NCBI GenBank assembly: GCA_965113315.1
Contig: OZ220373.1
Strand: one strand, 5' to 3'
Length of the DNA stretch: 64,000 nucleotides
DNA from: Podarcis vaucheri
Lineage: Eukaryota
This document shows positions 36,809-49,034 of the stretch, one piece after another. The translations under genes were made by a program, and so were the position numbers. Below the pieces are notes generated by a model. The model saw only the letters and a program-made list of their open reading frames with translations, ran no database searches and was not told where the DNA came from. How positions within the stretch are numbered: position 1 is the stretch's first letter; each line of letters opens with the position of its first letter.

Positions 36809-39156
36809 CTGGCCCAGTGGTTTTTCCTACTTTCTTCAGTTTAAGCTTGAATTTTGCTATAAGAAGCTGATGATCTACGTATACAATATTTCTGGTTCCT
36901 GTTGTTCAGTTCAGCAAATGCAATATGACATGCACGGTCCTGGAGAAAACAACATGTCCTGCTATAGTGCCAGAGAATATATAGGATGCCTTCTTTTAAA
37001 AACCCAAAAACTGTTTATGGTGCTTTTTGAGTAGTTAATGGACTTTAAATGGCCTTTCCCTTTCATAGCTATATACAGCACAAAACAGATCCCAGTGGTT
37101 TTTCTGGTAATGGTATTCCTCACTCTTCTGGAGCCTCAAGTTGAGGCTGACCTTGAAGACTGTTTAAAGGTTGTGGTTGATGCAGAATGCACCAGTGCAG
37201 AAGCAAACTGGCTTATATCTTGGCATAAATGGACCAGAGGTGGTGGGTTGCAGGATATATCAGCATCCAGGGCTATTTTCCTGGAGCCTTAGACAATAAT
37301 TCACAGCTGTGTTTTTCATTATAGCCTCCTAGATCAGACTCAGTTATAACCCAAACATGCATTTGGTTTCTTAATTATTTGCTTTAAATTTGAATGGTAG
37401 TAGTGCTCTTGTTGTAAGCTAGCTTGGGTCCCAGTTTCACCAGTTGAAGATTATCATCCTAGATGACTTAGGTCCCACAAACTTTGGAGAGCACATTCTG
37501 TATGACACTTAAGGTCACTTGAGAATATACATCTGTTCATCATGTTCACGGGGCAAGAGAATTCATAAATCATGAAAACCTTTCCACTAGAAGTAAACAG
37601 ACAAATAGTGAAGTGGGCATTTATGTTTCGTCTGGTGACCAAGAGTTAAGCAAGCCTTTTTTCTTCTTCTTTTTTTCTTTTTAAAAAATACTGAGGTTTT
37701 TTACTTGAGAATAACTCAGGATATTAATGTAAGTTAAAATAGATCCAATGAACTAAAATAGTGGGTGAGCTACTGGACCTTTATGTGTTTTGAGTCATGC
37801 ACAGGAATATATTAACTGTCCTACAACAACCAAGATTCAAAGGTTCATGTAAATCAATATCTCCAAATAGTGTTGCCCTTGGGGCAAGGGAAAGATGAGA
37901 TGTGGAAGACTGGAAAGGAGACCTTTTTTAGTTAGTTATTTCTTGATATATAGCTAATTTAAATTCAAGGGACCAATCCAGTGAGATCCTACTACACTGC
38001 AGCTCTTGAGCATTGGAATACTTCATTTTAAACTTACATGTGTTTTAAAAAGCAGGTTACTATTTCACAGATGATTGCATGGATGTAAGATGTCAATAAA
38101 AGAATATTTGTGTGCATATTACTTCTGGTTTTGGATCTCTATATATCATAGTTAAGCCAGTCATATTTGTGTTATCAGTATATTCTAACATTTGTATACT
38201 AACTTTCTCTTGCTTGCATCCTCACTTTTTCTGATAGATGACAAATAATTTAGTAGTAGTTACCTTACCAATCAAATAAACAGTTAGGTAGATTAGGAAT
38301 GTAGTAGATAGCATTTTCTTTTGGTTAACTTGAACATGCCATCTCTGTTTTGAATTTGAGAAAAAGTGAGCTAGGAGGAGCCTTAATAAATTATGCTAAC
38401 ATGCTTGAAATACATGCTACTTGGAACATAATTTTGAGGTTGAATAGACATCTATCCATCTCACAAAAATTCGTAGGCCAGTTTTGTAAACAAGATCATA
38501 AAAGGTACTAGCTTTGCTCCACCCTTAAAAAAAATACTAGCCAGCTAAGAGCTTGCAGAGGAGGGATGCAGTAGCCTGTTGCTTTTCTTTGCTGCATGCA
38601 CAAGACAGACAGACAGTGCTCCATCCCTCTCCTGTCAGCATGCTCACTCACCTTCATGTCATCTCTTTTGGACTGTAGTAACCAGACTAGTGCTTAAATA
38701 TATGATGCCCATAGATCTGTATTTGTGGTGATTCAGAACATGCACACAGATATGTAAAATGTGCATGATGAAGACTTAATCATTTACTGAGAAGAATCAA
38801 AGTGAGTATCCCAAAGGTATGGCAAAGTAGCGTAAAAAAGCAGTTGCAGTTTCTATTACATCCATGGCATGACAACTTTGCCTCATAGTATGAACCATTC
38901 TAGTTAGCTTGTCCAGTAATAGCAATTTAATCACCATCTTGTGATCCTAGTTGGAAGGAAACCTGTAGCCCCCCCAGGTATTGTTATGAATGATGGGAAT
39001 TATAGTCCAAGCATTGGCCACTCTAGAGGGGGCTGTTGGGAGTTGGAGCTCAACATTTTTGGATGGCAACAATGTTCAACTGGTCAAACTAAAGTATTGC
39101 TGCCCTCCTGTTGAGGAGTAACATGAACATGATAAATGAAGCATCATTGTTTACTA

Positions 39157-39379
39157 CAGTAATGCTTCTCGTTATGTACCGTCCTTCTTGTGAACGCTTC
39201 GGGTAATGAGCTTCGCTAACCCAGAAGTAGGTGCTCCTGGAAGCGAGTGGAAGTCATGCGCTAGAGGCAGGCACGCAGTGGGAGGCCCCATTAGCAAAAG
39301 CACGCCTCATGTTAAGAACGGTTTCAGGATAAGAACGGACCTCTGGAATGAATTAAGTTCGTAACCGGAGGTACCACTA
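39157..39379 (+). mobile_element. MITE family A, older diverged copy
   Basis: ta|cagtaatgc...ggaggtaccacta|ta; internal similarity to family A. Confidence 0.8.
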
Positions 39380-39381
39380 TA

Positions 39382-39607
39382 CAGTGGTACCTCGGGCTAC
39401 ATATGCTTCAGGTTACAGACTCCGCTAACCCAGAAATAGTATCTTGGGTTAAGAACTTTGCTTCAGGATGAGAACAGAAATCGTGCTACGGCGGCGTGGC
39501 GGCAGCAGGATGCCCCATTAGCTAAAGTGGTGCTTCAGGTTAAGAACAGTTTCAGGTTAAGAACGGACCTCTGGAACGAATTAAGTACTTAACCCGAGGT
39601 ACCACTG
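39382..39607 (+). mobile_element. MITE family A, younger copy abutting the previous one through a shared TA
   Basis: ta|cagtggtacctcggg...cccgaggtaccactg|ta. Confidence 0.9.
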
Positions 39608-40409
39608 TACTGTTCTACTCTTTAGCTCTTTTTGTTAGCATTGGCAGCTGAGTTGGCAACAGAGGCAAGGTTTGATAAAGGAGTAATATGATTGGCATAG
39701 GACTATTTAGGAGGCTTGTGAAGAGCAGGTGTTGGAACATATCAAGCACAAAAAAGTTACATTGTAAAGCAAGCATGTTAACATTTCCCAATATTTAGAA
39801 TCTTGTTAGTAGCATGAAAATATTTTTTTTATGCTGGGTGCCCAGTTACAATATGTTTTGCATATGGGTTTGGATACCAAAGTATTCACATGTCAGTTAT
39901 GAACTGTATGTGTAAATTATTTTTCTCGTACATATAGGTATGCATAACTCGTTTTTTGTGGGTTTATATGTAACCAGCAAACAAATCTAAATGCATGTGC
40001 CATTCATAATTGTCATATTATTGGAGGTTGCCAGACTCACCCATTGAGTCTTTCATCCAGCAGTTTCTGATGAACCAGGGCAGGAACTAGACAAGAATCT
40101 ACTGAGAAGCCTCATGGTAGAGTGGCAGTGGTTTCCAATTCCCAGTTGTTTAACAGTGGCAACAGCAAAAAGACTTCTGCTCCCAATAACAAAATTATAC
40201 TGTTAAAAACCTTGCTCTAAAGTCATTCTTTGGTAAATCTGTACTTGTACATGCAACGCCCACCCCCAAAAAACCTACAGTAGGTAAAAATGGCTATTCC
40301 CTCTGAACCACCATGTTGTGCCTGGCTTTCTGCCCCTCACCTTCCTTTGCCATGGTTTTGCACCCAATCCAGTTTGTGGCTGTCAGGAGTCTGGTAAAAT
40401 AACCAAGTA

Positions 40410-40734
40410 CAGTGGTGCCCCGCAAGACGAATGCCTCGCAAGACGGAAAACTCGCTAGACGAAAGAGTTTTCCGTTTTGGAGGTGCTTCGCAAAACGAAT
40501 TTCCTATGGGCTTGCTTCGCAAGACGACAATGCCTTGCGAGTTCCTGCAGGTTTATTTTCCTTCCCCCCCTTTTTCTAAGCCGCTAAGCCGCTTATCAGC
40601 TGATCCGATCAGCAGATAAGCCGCTAATAGCGCTAATCCGCTAATCCATCAATGGGCTTGCTTCGCAAGACGAAAAAACCGCTAGACGAAGAGAATCACA
40701 GAACGGATTCTTTTCGTCTTGCGAGGCACCACTG
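40410..40734 (+). mobile_element. pogo/Tigger-like MITE, family B, with a different interior
   Basis: ta|cagtggtgcccc...gaggcaccactg|ta; termini shared with the 18578 copy. Confidence 0.87.
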
Positions 40735-40985
40735 TATTCCGCAAGCCTGAAGGGCTAGGATCTCTCTTGTGAAGTGAAGGCTTCTTAAAACTGAGTATTT
40801 GTTATTAAGGTCTTGTTTCTGTGCCTTATAATAGGTCTAAGTATGCATTTGATACTAATTTACCATTAGTTTGACTGTGATGGTTTTATTTCACGTATCT
40901 TAATTTTTTCGACGTGCATACCATTGAGGAAATGTATTTCACAAATGCATAAATTATTGTGTGTTTACTCATTTTTTATTTTAAG

Positions 40986-41162
40986 GTTCCCGTGGCTAGG
41001 GCCAGCATTCTTTGGCTTACTGGAGAATACTGTGAACGAGTTCCAAAAATAGCCCCTGATGTTTTAAGAAAACTGGCCAAGAGCTTCACTGATGAAGATG
41101 ACCTTGTGAAGCTGCAAATTTTAAATCTTGGAGCAAAATTATATTTAACCAACTCAAAGCAG
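40986..41162 (+). CDS. AP3B1: AP3B1 exon 15 (177 nt) [59 protein letters not shown]
   Basis: tattttaag acceptor, CAG|gtaaga donor. Confidence 0.96.
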
Positions 41163-41749
41163 GTAAGAATGAGAGAAAACTAAAACACAAGTCTGTTTAG
41201 ACATATTTACTAACATTAACTAAAGAGGTGTCAAGCTTTAGAGTTACAGTATTCATATCCTTTTAATAACCTTCTCCCTTTCTTTGGTTCAGAAATTCAT
41301 CAGCATACCCAAAGTTAGTCATATAATAAAATGATTGAAGAGGAAAAGATGAATCCTAAAACTTGTCTAAAAGGCCAAAGATGTTTCCAAAAGAATTACA
41401 ACCTAGGAAACCTGTGTACATTTAGTGTACAACCTGTTTGATAGTGAAAAGATGCATCTTAATCCAAAGAAATACAGTTTCATACAACTTGGACATAATT
41501 CAGAACCCATAGATACTGGATTTATTCCAATATTGACTGAGCAGAAGACCACGCCCTCCTCTCCACAGCAGTCTCTTGTATGGGCTCTGGTGCAGGCAAC
41601 TGCAGGGGGAGTGGCAAATTGCCTAAGATCAGGTGCAACTTTGGATTCTATCCTTCAGTACAAACTAAACAGAACTCCAAAACATTTTAAAATTACATGC
41701 CTCTGCCATTCAAATACTACAAATCTTCAGTTGAAATAAGATTTGAGAA

Positions 41750-41960
41750 TCAATGAGAAGAGCTTTGCTAGATGACACCAAAGGTCCCATCTAGTCCAGC
41801 ATCCTGTTTTTACAGTGGTCAACCAGACACTTGTCAGAAACCCACAAGCAGGAAGGACATAAGCGCTCTCCTCACTTGTGCTTCCCAGCAACTGGCTTTC
41901 AGAGACATATACTGCCTCTGACACTGGATGTAGTAATGTTATCATGCATAGTAGCCATAA
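41750..41960 (-). mobile_element. CR1-like LINE 3' end; a related copy lies at about 57860-58045
   Basis: ccaaaggtcccatctagtccagcatcctgtt core shared with 57890-57920. Confidence 0.6.
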
Positions 41961-42247
41961 AGTCTCAATGGCAGCAGAAAAGTTCAGAATCTCAGCTTAC
42001 AGTCATATACAAATAGGATTGTGGTTTATAAAATAGACAAGTCAATTTCAAACCGTGGGTTAGTTAAATGTTGCCTATAAAGCAGGATTCCTGGTTCATA
42101 TGTAACACCTAAAGTGAGATTTGTTGAAAGCAAAATTAATCTCTCTCCCCTTCCCCCCATTTTCAGTTATTATTTACCTTCATTGGTTCTTTCCCAAGTG
42201 CCTTTAGATATTTATCAGATGTATTGGATCATCCCAGTTCTAGTATG

Positions 42248-42248
<1 letters not shown>

Positions 42249-42280
<32 letters not shown>
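42249..42280. repeat. (TG)n microsatellite
   Basis: Direct reading. Confidence 0.95.
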
Positions 42281-42283
<3 letters not shown>

Positions 42284-44640
42284 AATGCATCTATCTGCTT
42301 TCCATACTGCATCCATAATTTCATTTATCTCCAGAATGTCCCCCCATTTAGCTTTTTTCTAATCTAAATTAAACTAAATAACCCAAACTCTTTAACCTTT
42401 AATCATAGAGGAGTTGCTGCAGTCCCTTGATCATTTTGGGTTTATCCAGCACCTTCAAGAACAAGGGCAAATGGCCAGCCAAATAGCCTTGTTCCTTCTG
42501 CTCCTCAAAATCCACCTTACCTTCAATCAGGGAAGCAATTGCAGTTGGTGGAGGGCAAGCAATTACCAGTTTTGAGAACTGATTTTAGGCCACTCTTTTT
42601 ATACCTGTTCCTTATGTTTGGGAGTTAACAGATAAACAGTGTTTAAGTGATTTGCTTCAAACTGTCAAAAACTTACTGAATTATGTCTGATCAACATTGT
42701 ATGATTTTTATCTGCCTTTACAACAATTTCCTGCATTATTATATCTCCAAAATCCATGAGTTCATTAGTGTCTTCTAGGAAGAAAGGTGCATGAGGGTAA
42801 ATGTCCTCTACCATCCAACATAATACTGTAGTCAATATTCTGTATAGAAAGATTTTTACAGGACTTAGAACTTCATGTTTGGCTTTTTTGATTGGGCAAT
42901 GGTGTTTCAGCAATAAGAAGTCTGCCAGATTTCCTTTTCACAAACTTAATGGGTCGTATCCGAGTGTAACTGAGTTTCAGTTGACATTTTGAAATCTAAC
43001 CATCACCTGTAAGGCCATTTAAGAAAAGGGCTGCCCTGCCAAATTTTGAGTGTTTCCGTGTTTTGATCAGCATAACAAACACTACATTTGTTCCAAATTT
43101 CTTCCTTCTGTTTCCAGCTGATCATTTTCCTCCTTTAGTAACTTTGCTACGCCCTTCTCTAGTCAGAGAGAAGTAGGCAGAAACTGGTCCTGACAGTGTC
43201 TGGCATCAGTAGCACTAAGAATCAGAACAGAATTGATGGGTTTGATCTGCTGTTTCAGCAATTTTCTGTTGGTTTCTCAGTGCTGGAAGCCCCTGTAATT
43301 TCCAACTTGCCTTAATATTCCATAATCAGTAGCAGCCACAATCATATGCCACTGGTTTCACTTAATGCAGTTTTGTAGTCAAAATAAATCATTCAAAACA
43401 ACACTGAATTGCATTTCTAATGAAACAGTATATATTGAACTAAGGACTATTGGATATCTTCAAAGAAAGATAATTGTCCATTTTACAGTGTATACTACTT
43501 AACATTCTTCAGGCATAATTATAGAGCAACAAAATATTCAATTCTGCATCATGAGAAAATTCTTTCAAAGAGATTGTGCTTTTTCAATATAAATCTTGTT
43601 GAGAAAAGCATGCTTATATATCAAAGTTTAATTCTGTGAATTTGAAGGATGTGTCTTTTTATAAACTCAAATAAGATTTGCAGCTTTTCTTCAACTGAAG
43701 AATTATAACATATGCATATTTTACTTTTAAGTGATACAGTGTTTTGATCTTTGTATCTATTGCATTTTTGTATACATTTATACAAAATGTATTCCGTGGA
43801 CTATATGTATAATGTTTCCAATTTTCTCTTACGCAGTTATTAAGGTTAACATGCATTGGGTAATTTTAATAATTAATATTCCTACACATCAAATTAGAGA
43901 GTCTGGTTATGCTATAAAAAGCTGTGATAATATAACCGGCTTTTACGTATATAAATAAATGACCAATATTACCAGAAGCTTTAAGCTGTGAGGGGGGAAA
44001 GGGAAGAAGTCTTNNNNNNNNNNNNNNNNNNNNNNNNNNNNNNNNNNNNNNNNNNNNNNNNNNNNNNNNNNNNNNNNNNNNNNNNNNNNNNNNNNNNNNN
44101 NNNNNNNNNNNNNNNNNNNNNNNNNNNNNNNNNNNNNNNNNNNNNNNNNNNNNNNNNNNNNNNNNNNNNNNNNNNNNNNNNNNNNNNNNNNNNNNNNNNN
44201 NNNNNNNNNNNNNNNNNNNNNNNNNNNNNNNNNCAGCNNNNNNNNNNNNNNNNNNNNNNNNNNNNNNNNNNNNNNNNNNNNNNNNNNNNNNNNNNNNNNN
44301 NNNNNNNNNNNNNNNNNNNNNNNNNNNNNNNNNNNNNNNNNNNNNNNNNNNNNNNNNNNNNNNNNNNNNNNNNNNNNNNNNNNNNNNNNNNNNNNNNNNN
44401 NNNNNNNNNNNNNNNNNNNNNNNNNNNNNNNNNNNNNNNNNNNNNNNNCCTCCCCAATACAGAAGAGGACATGTGCGTTGGCTTCAAAATTCCATTTACT
44501 GCTTTAGAAATGCATATTCCCTATGGAACAACATTTGTTTGACATAACCATTCATTTTTATTACCTCTTTAAATATGTTTATCCAGAGTTATCAATAATC
44601 ATAAATAACTTGTATTCTCTTCTTGCCCTGTTTTTCACAG

Positions 44641-44827
44641 ACAAAATTGCTTACCCAGTACATATTAAATCTCGGCAAGTATGATCAAAGCTACGACATC
44701 AGAGACCGTACAAGATTTATTAGGCAGCTCATTGTTCCAAATGAGAAGAGTGGAGCTTTAAGCAAATATGCCAAAAAAATATTTCTGGCACAGAAGCCTG
44801 CCCCAGTGCTCGAGTCTCCTTTTAAAG
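44641..44827 (+). CDS. AP3B1: AP3B1 exon 16 (187 nt) [62 protein letters not shown](D)
   Basis: tttttcacag acceptor, AAG|gtttgt donor; YDIRDR end-of-trunk motif. Confidence 0.96.
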
Positions 44828-45790
44828 GTTTGTCAGTCAAATTTTCTACCAAATCTTATTTGCAGATCTGCAGATCTGTATTCTTAAGGCACCAAAACAA
44901 ATTTTGCAAAATAGTCTGCTTACAATTTGTAAATGAGCAACATGATTTTAGTTTCACAATTTTTAAGGGAGAGTGGTCAACTCTAAATTATTTCTTATTC
45001 TGACATTTAATGGTATCTGGTAATCCAAAATAATTTAAAAACTTAATTTGTGATGTCTATATTTTACCTTTTCTGAATAATAAAAACTGCTATGTTTGTA
45101 CTAATCATAGTGTAGAAAGGTCTTTGGCCATTCACAAAACTTTGAACTTCTGCAGTGGCTTTTTTATTATTATTGAGAAGCATCAAACTAAAGTTACTTC
45201 CAGATTAAGCTTGTCTTTGGTATATTAGGATTACCGGTATTTTTGGCTCCTAAGCCATTTTATAGACTAAACTGCTGTGAGTTACACCCTCCATTGCTCC
45301 CTGTTCTATTTAAAATAATCCTGTGGCCCCAGTTAGTAATTTTATTATGTACATTAACTGTTTTCTTAAAAAATTCATACTTTGGTATTTTAATCCTGCT
45401 TTAAACTCTGAAAGCAGCACTCCTTNNNNNNNNNNNNNNNNNNNNNNNNNNNNNNNNNNNNNNNNNNNNNNNNNNNNNNNNNNNNNNNNNNNNNNNNNNN
45501 NNNNNNNNNNNNNNNNNNNNNNNNNNNNNNNNNNNNNNNNNNNNNNNNNNNNNNNNNNNNNNNNNNNNNNNNNNNNNNNNNNNNNNNNNNNNNNNNNNNN
45601 NNNNNNNNNNNNNATCTATGGACTGGAATCAGTTTTTTGACCTATGAAGAGCTTCCTAGTTTATATTTATTCCATGACATTTGAGGTAATGTAACGCCAA
45701 TTACCTTTAGTCCTGATTAAGATTGCTCTTTGTGATATAGAGCTCATGTCAGTATATTTTTCACCTCTTTCCCTCCCCCACCCCCAACAG

Positions 45791-45921
45791 ATAGGGAGCA
45801 CTTCCAGCTTGGTACTTTGTCTCATACTCTGAACATGAAAGCCAATGGCTATCTGGAGTTGTCTAATTGGCCAGAGGTTGCACCTGACCCTTCAGTGAGA
45901 AATGTAGAAGTAATTGAGCCG
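45791..45921 (+). CDS. AP3B1: AP3B1 exon 17 (131 nt) [43 protein letters not shown]
   Basis: cccccaacag acceptor, CCG|gtatgt donor, phase 1/0. Confidence 0.95.
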
Positions 45922-46143
45922 GTATGTTGACTTTTCAAAATAATATTGTTGTTTTGGGAGCTTGGAATTATGCAAGTGTGTTTAGGAACAGGGGGGTTAC
46001 TTTACTTACCAAGACTTCCAATTGGGTTTCAATAAACTTATTGTAAAATGTCCTTTCAGCCGCTGTTGGCTACTTTGAAACCCTTCATATTCCTCTGCTG
46101 TATCTTCTTTGTATATATTTTCTTTCCGTCACTCTGTTTCCAG

Positions 46144-46155
46144 CTTTGCTTGCTG
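46144..46155 (+). CDS. candidate 12-nt alternative microexon (CTT TGC TTG CTG = LCLL) between exons 17 and 18
   Basis: 82-nt AG-free pyrimidine-rich tract ending tttccag; CTG|gtatat donor; frame-preserving within a phase-0 intron; no transcript evidence available. Confidence 0.4.
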
Positions 46156-47073
46156 GTATATGAGTACTTCCAGTAATTAATTCAGCCTTCCAAGTTTAAT
46201 CTGAATATCATGTGGTTTACTAGGATTTGCAAACATCAAGAGATTTAATATCTGTTCTTGGATAATGCAAACTGCTAATGCATATTCGCCTTTCAACACC
46301 ACCACAATTGGTCTAGAATAAGTATTTGAATTGGGGCTATTGCGTAGAGATGGCTGCCCACAGCACATCTGGATGATTGAAGAGAAGTTGTGCAACTTAG
46401 TGGATTGAGTCTAGGTAGATACTGAACCTTTTAGGACGTTTTCTTATTTTTATTTTTATTTGGTTGGCATAACAAAGTTGGTTTTCTTCCTCCATACCAG
46501 GATAAAAATGTTCTGCTGTCTGAGCAGAAGCACAGCTAGGGCACATGTTGAAGTATTCCTTCTATTATTAAACATATTTATTGATCAGAATATTCATTAA
46601 TTTTTCAAATCAAATCTTTATTATTGCCGTCAGAGACCAGCACCAAGAAAACAAAAAATGAAGGACATAAAGCACATCATCCAAATGTGTATAATAGAGT
46701 AAGAGAGAATAAAATATAATAGGAAAGAGTAAACAATAAATAAACATTCCAGCCATTTTTCTTTATTTTTTGCAAAGTAAAGATAGATGTGTTTACAGTT
46801 GACACAAATAACTTGTGTTGAGATAAAATTGGATTGTGTTTTTAATATTTTTTGTTGTAAGCTGCATTGATTATTCTAACTTTTTGGTATAAATGTTTGT
46901 TTAGGAGTGCTCAGTACAATTCCCCTTATTTATATGTTAGATCATATTTGCTTCTCTGTGTGTGCATGCACTCCTGTGTGACTGGCCAGAAAAGACAGTG
47001 TTTGTGGTTGTAAATAGAATTTATCACAACTTTTAAACTATGTGTTCTTCTTTTTTAAAAAAAACATGAATAG

Positions 47074-47203
47074 GCAAAAGAATGGACTTCAGTATTAGGG
47101 AAGGAAAAGAAAAAGAAACACACTGATGAAAGATTCTACTCTGAATCAGAAGAGGAGGAAGAGGAGGAGGAAAGTGGTGATTCTTCTAGCAGCAGTGACA
47201 GTG
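47074..47203 (+). CDS. AP3B1: AP3B1 exon 18 (130 nt) AKEWTSVLGKEKKKKHTDERFYSESEEEEEEEESGDSSSSSDS(E), start of hinge
   Basis: gaatag acceptor, GTG|gtatgt donor, phase 0/1; FYSESEEE motif. Confidence 0.92.
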
Positions 47204-48883
47204 GTATGTGTGGATAAAGAAAGATCACCGTTCAGAACTATGAAATACAGTGTTCCCAGTATGTCCCAGTATTTAAACCCATTAATTTGTGTTGCATGTG
47301 AATGATTTTATCTTTTGAGTAAGAAAAATTGTTGCACTGTGATGAATAGACCTGTGCATTCTTATAGTCACATAATGTGATTTCTGTGTTAGAGTACAAA
47401 GCTAAACTTGTTTATTCAGACGAAAATAAAATGGACTTCAGAGCCTTACTCCCATGTGTGTAGATTCACATCATGCTCATACCTATTCCTGTATCTTGGT
47501 GCATTGACTCTTTTAAAATACTCAGAAATTTTTTATTTTAAAGTACAAAGTAATAAAAATAAACTAGTTAAAAACAATAGTTTAAATACAAAAAATAACA
47601 TTTTAAAACCACATTAAAATGCTGATTGCCCTGGTAGCAGCCCAGTTGTCAAAGTTGTCTGTATGCACCTTGTCTTCTAAAGAGGAAGGTCTTAGCCTGC
47701 TGGTGGAAATATTACAAGTAGGGAGCTAGCTGAGAGGAAATTCAACAATCTGGCATCAGCCACAGGAAAAGGCTGTTAATGTAGTAGGGGCTTCATTCAC
47801 TCCATATGTGTGACCTGTTGGAGGGTATGCTAAATAGAAATATGCCAGAAGTTTGTGTCATATTGAGCTTCAGTAAAAATGGGAAGTTAACATTTATTTA
47901 GAAGTCAGTAGGGATATTAAGATACGATTTTAGGATTTCAGTGCTGTATGGGTGGATATGGTTATATGTCTGTGATATGGGAGAGTTTGCTACTTTTCTA
48001 GGGCCACATAACTTTCATTAATTCTTATTGAGTCGCCAATGTACTAGCTGATCAGTAAATCATGTTGGCATTGGATATTACTTTCTTAAAGTGAATTATA
48101 TAAAAGTAATATATTCTGCAGTCTTTTTTTCTAAATCTTTGCAAGAATCCAAAATTGAAGACCATATATAAAATATGTGGTGAAAGAATTTTAAAATCTG
48201 TAATGCTATGCAAGCCTTTACATGACTCTTCATCTTGGCCATGTTGGCAATCCAAGCCATCGCATCCATCATTTGAATCTAAGAAATTGCTCAAGTACAG
48301 GTATAAATAATATAGGCACATGTACATATAGACATAGAAATTACATGTTTTTGAATCGAGTTGACATACCCTCCTGAACACTGAGGGCACAAGAGAAAAA
48401 ACGTTAGGGATTATTAAGGCTTATAACTAGAATCAATGGACTGAAACTGGGAAAGTGTACCTTTAAGTTAGATATTAGAAACACTTTCCAGCTGATTAGA
48501 AAACGAATAACTTGTTTAAATTCCTGATTAAATTGTCATCACTAGATGTGTGTTCAAGAATAGATTAAATACTTAAATGTTGAAGATGATGCTACATTAG
48601 AACAGAGGAATGAAGGTAGAGGACATGGGAGGTCATGTCTAATTTCCTTCCTCTTCCCCACCCCCTTGGGGTATGATAGCCACAAACCAGATTATTGAGT
48701 GCTTGCATTTTTTGAATAAATTGTTGTAGAATTATAAAAGCAACATTTTATAGCAGCCAGCTTTCACAGTTTTAAGTACATGGATTGTGCCAGGGTGCTT
48801 AGACACCAAATAACTTAAATAGTTTTATTAAGTTATTTACTTGAATTGCTTACAAATGAAAGGCTTTTCGTTTTGCATTGTAG

Positions 48884-49034
48884 AGAGTGGATCTGATAGT
48901 GAACAAGAAAAAAAGGAAGGGGAAGAAGACAGCAGTGAGCAAAGTAGTGAGAGCTCCTCTACTGAAGATGATGGTAACAGGAAACCAAAAGCCAAAAGTG
49001 GTGTCTCAAAAAAAGGGACTGCAGTTTTAAAGAG
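48884..49034 (+). CDS. AP3B1: AP3B1 exon 19 (151 nt) SGSDSEQEKKEGEEDSSEQSSESSSTEDDGNRKPKAKSGVSKKGTAVLK(S), acidic hinge
   Basis: cattgtag acceptor, GAG|gtacgc donor, phase 1/2; S/E/D-rich. Confidence 0.88.

Noticed and set aside
36194-36844. 216-aa plus-strand ORF
   Set aside because: Antisense shadow of the BovB fragment.
46060-46155. 96-nt exon encoding a transmembrane-like peptide (PLLATLKPFIFLCCIFFVYIFFPSLCFQLCLL)
   Set aside because: Hydrophobicity is the expected by-product of a polypyrimidine tract. The 12-nt version is more parsimonious, so this is kept only as an alternative.
48881-48887. Tandem acceptors TAGAGAG at exon 19
   Set aside because: The alternative AGs shift by 2 or 4 nt and break the frame, so this is not a NAGNAG-type in-frame choice.
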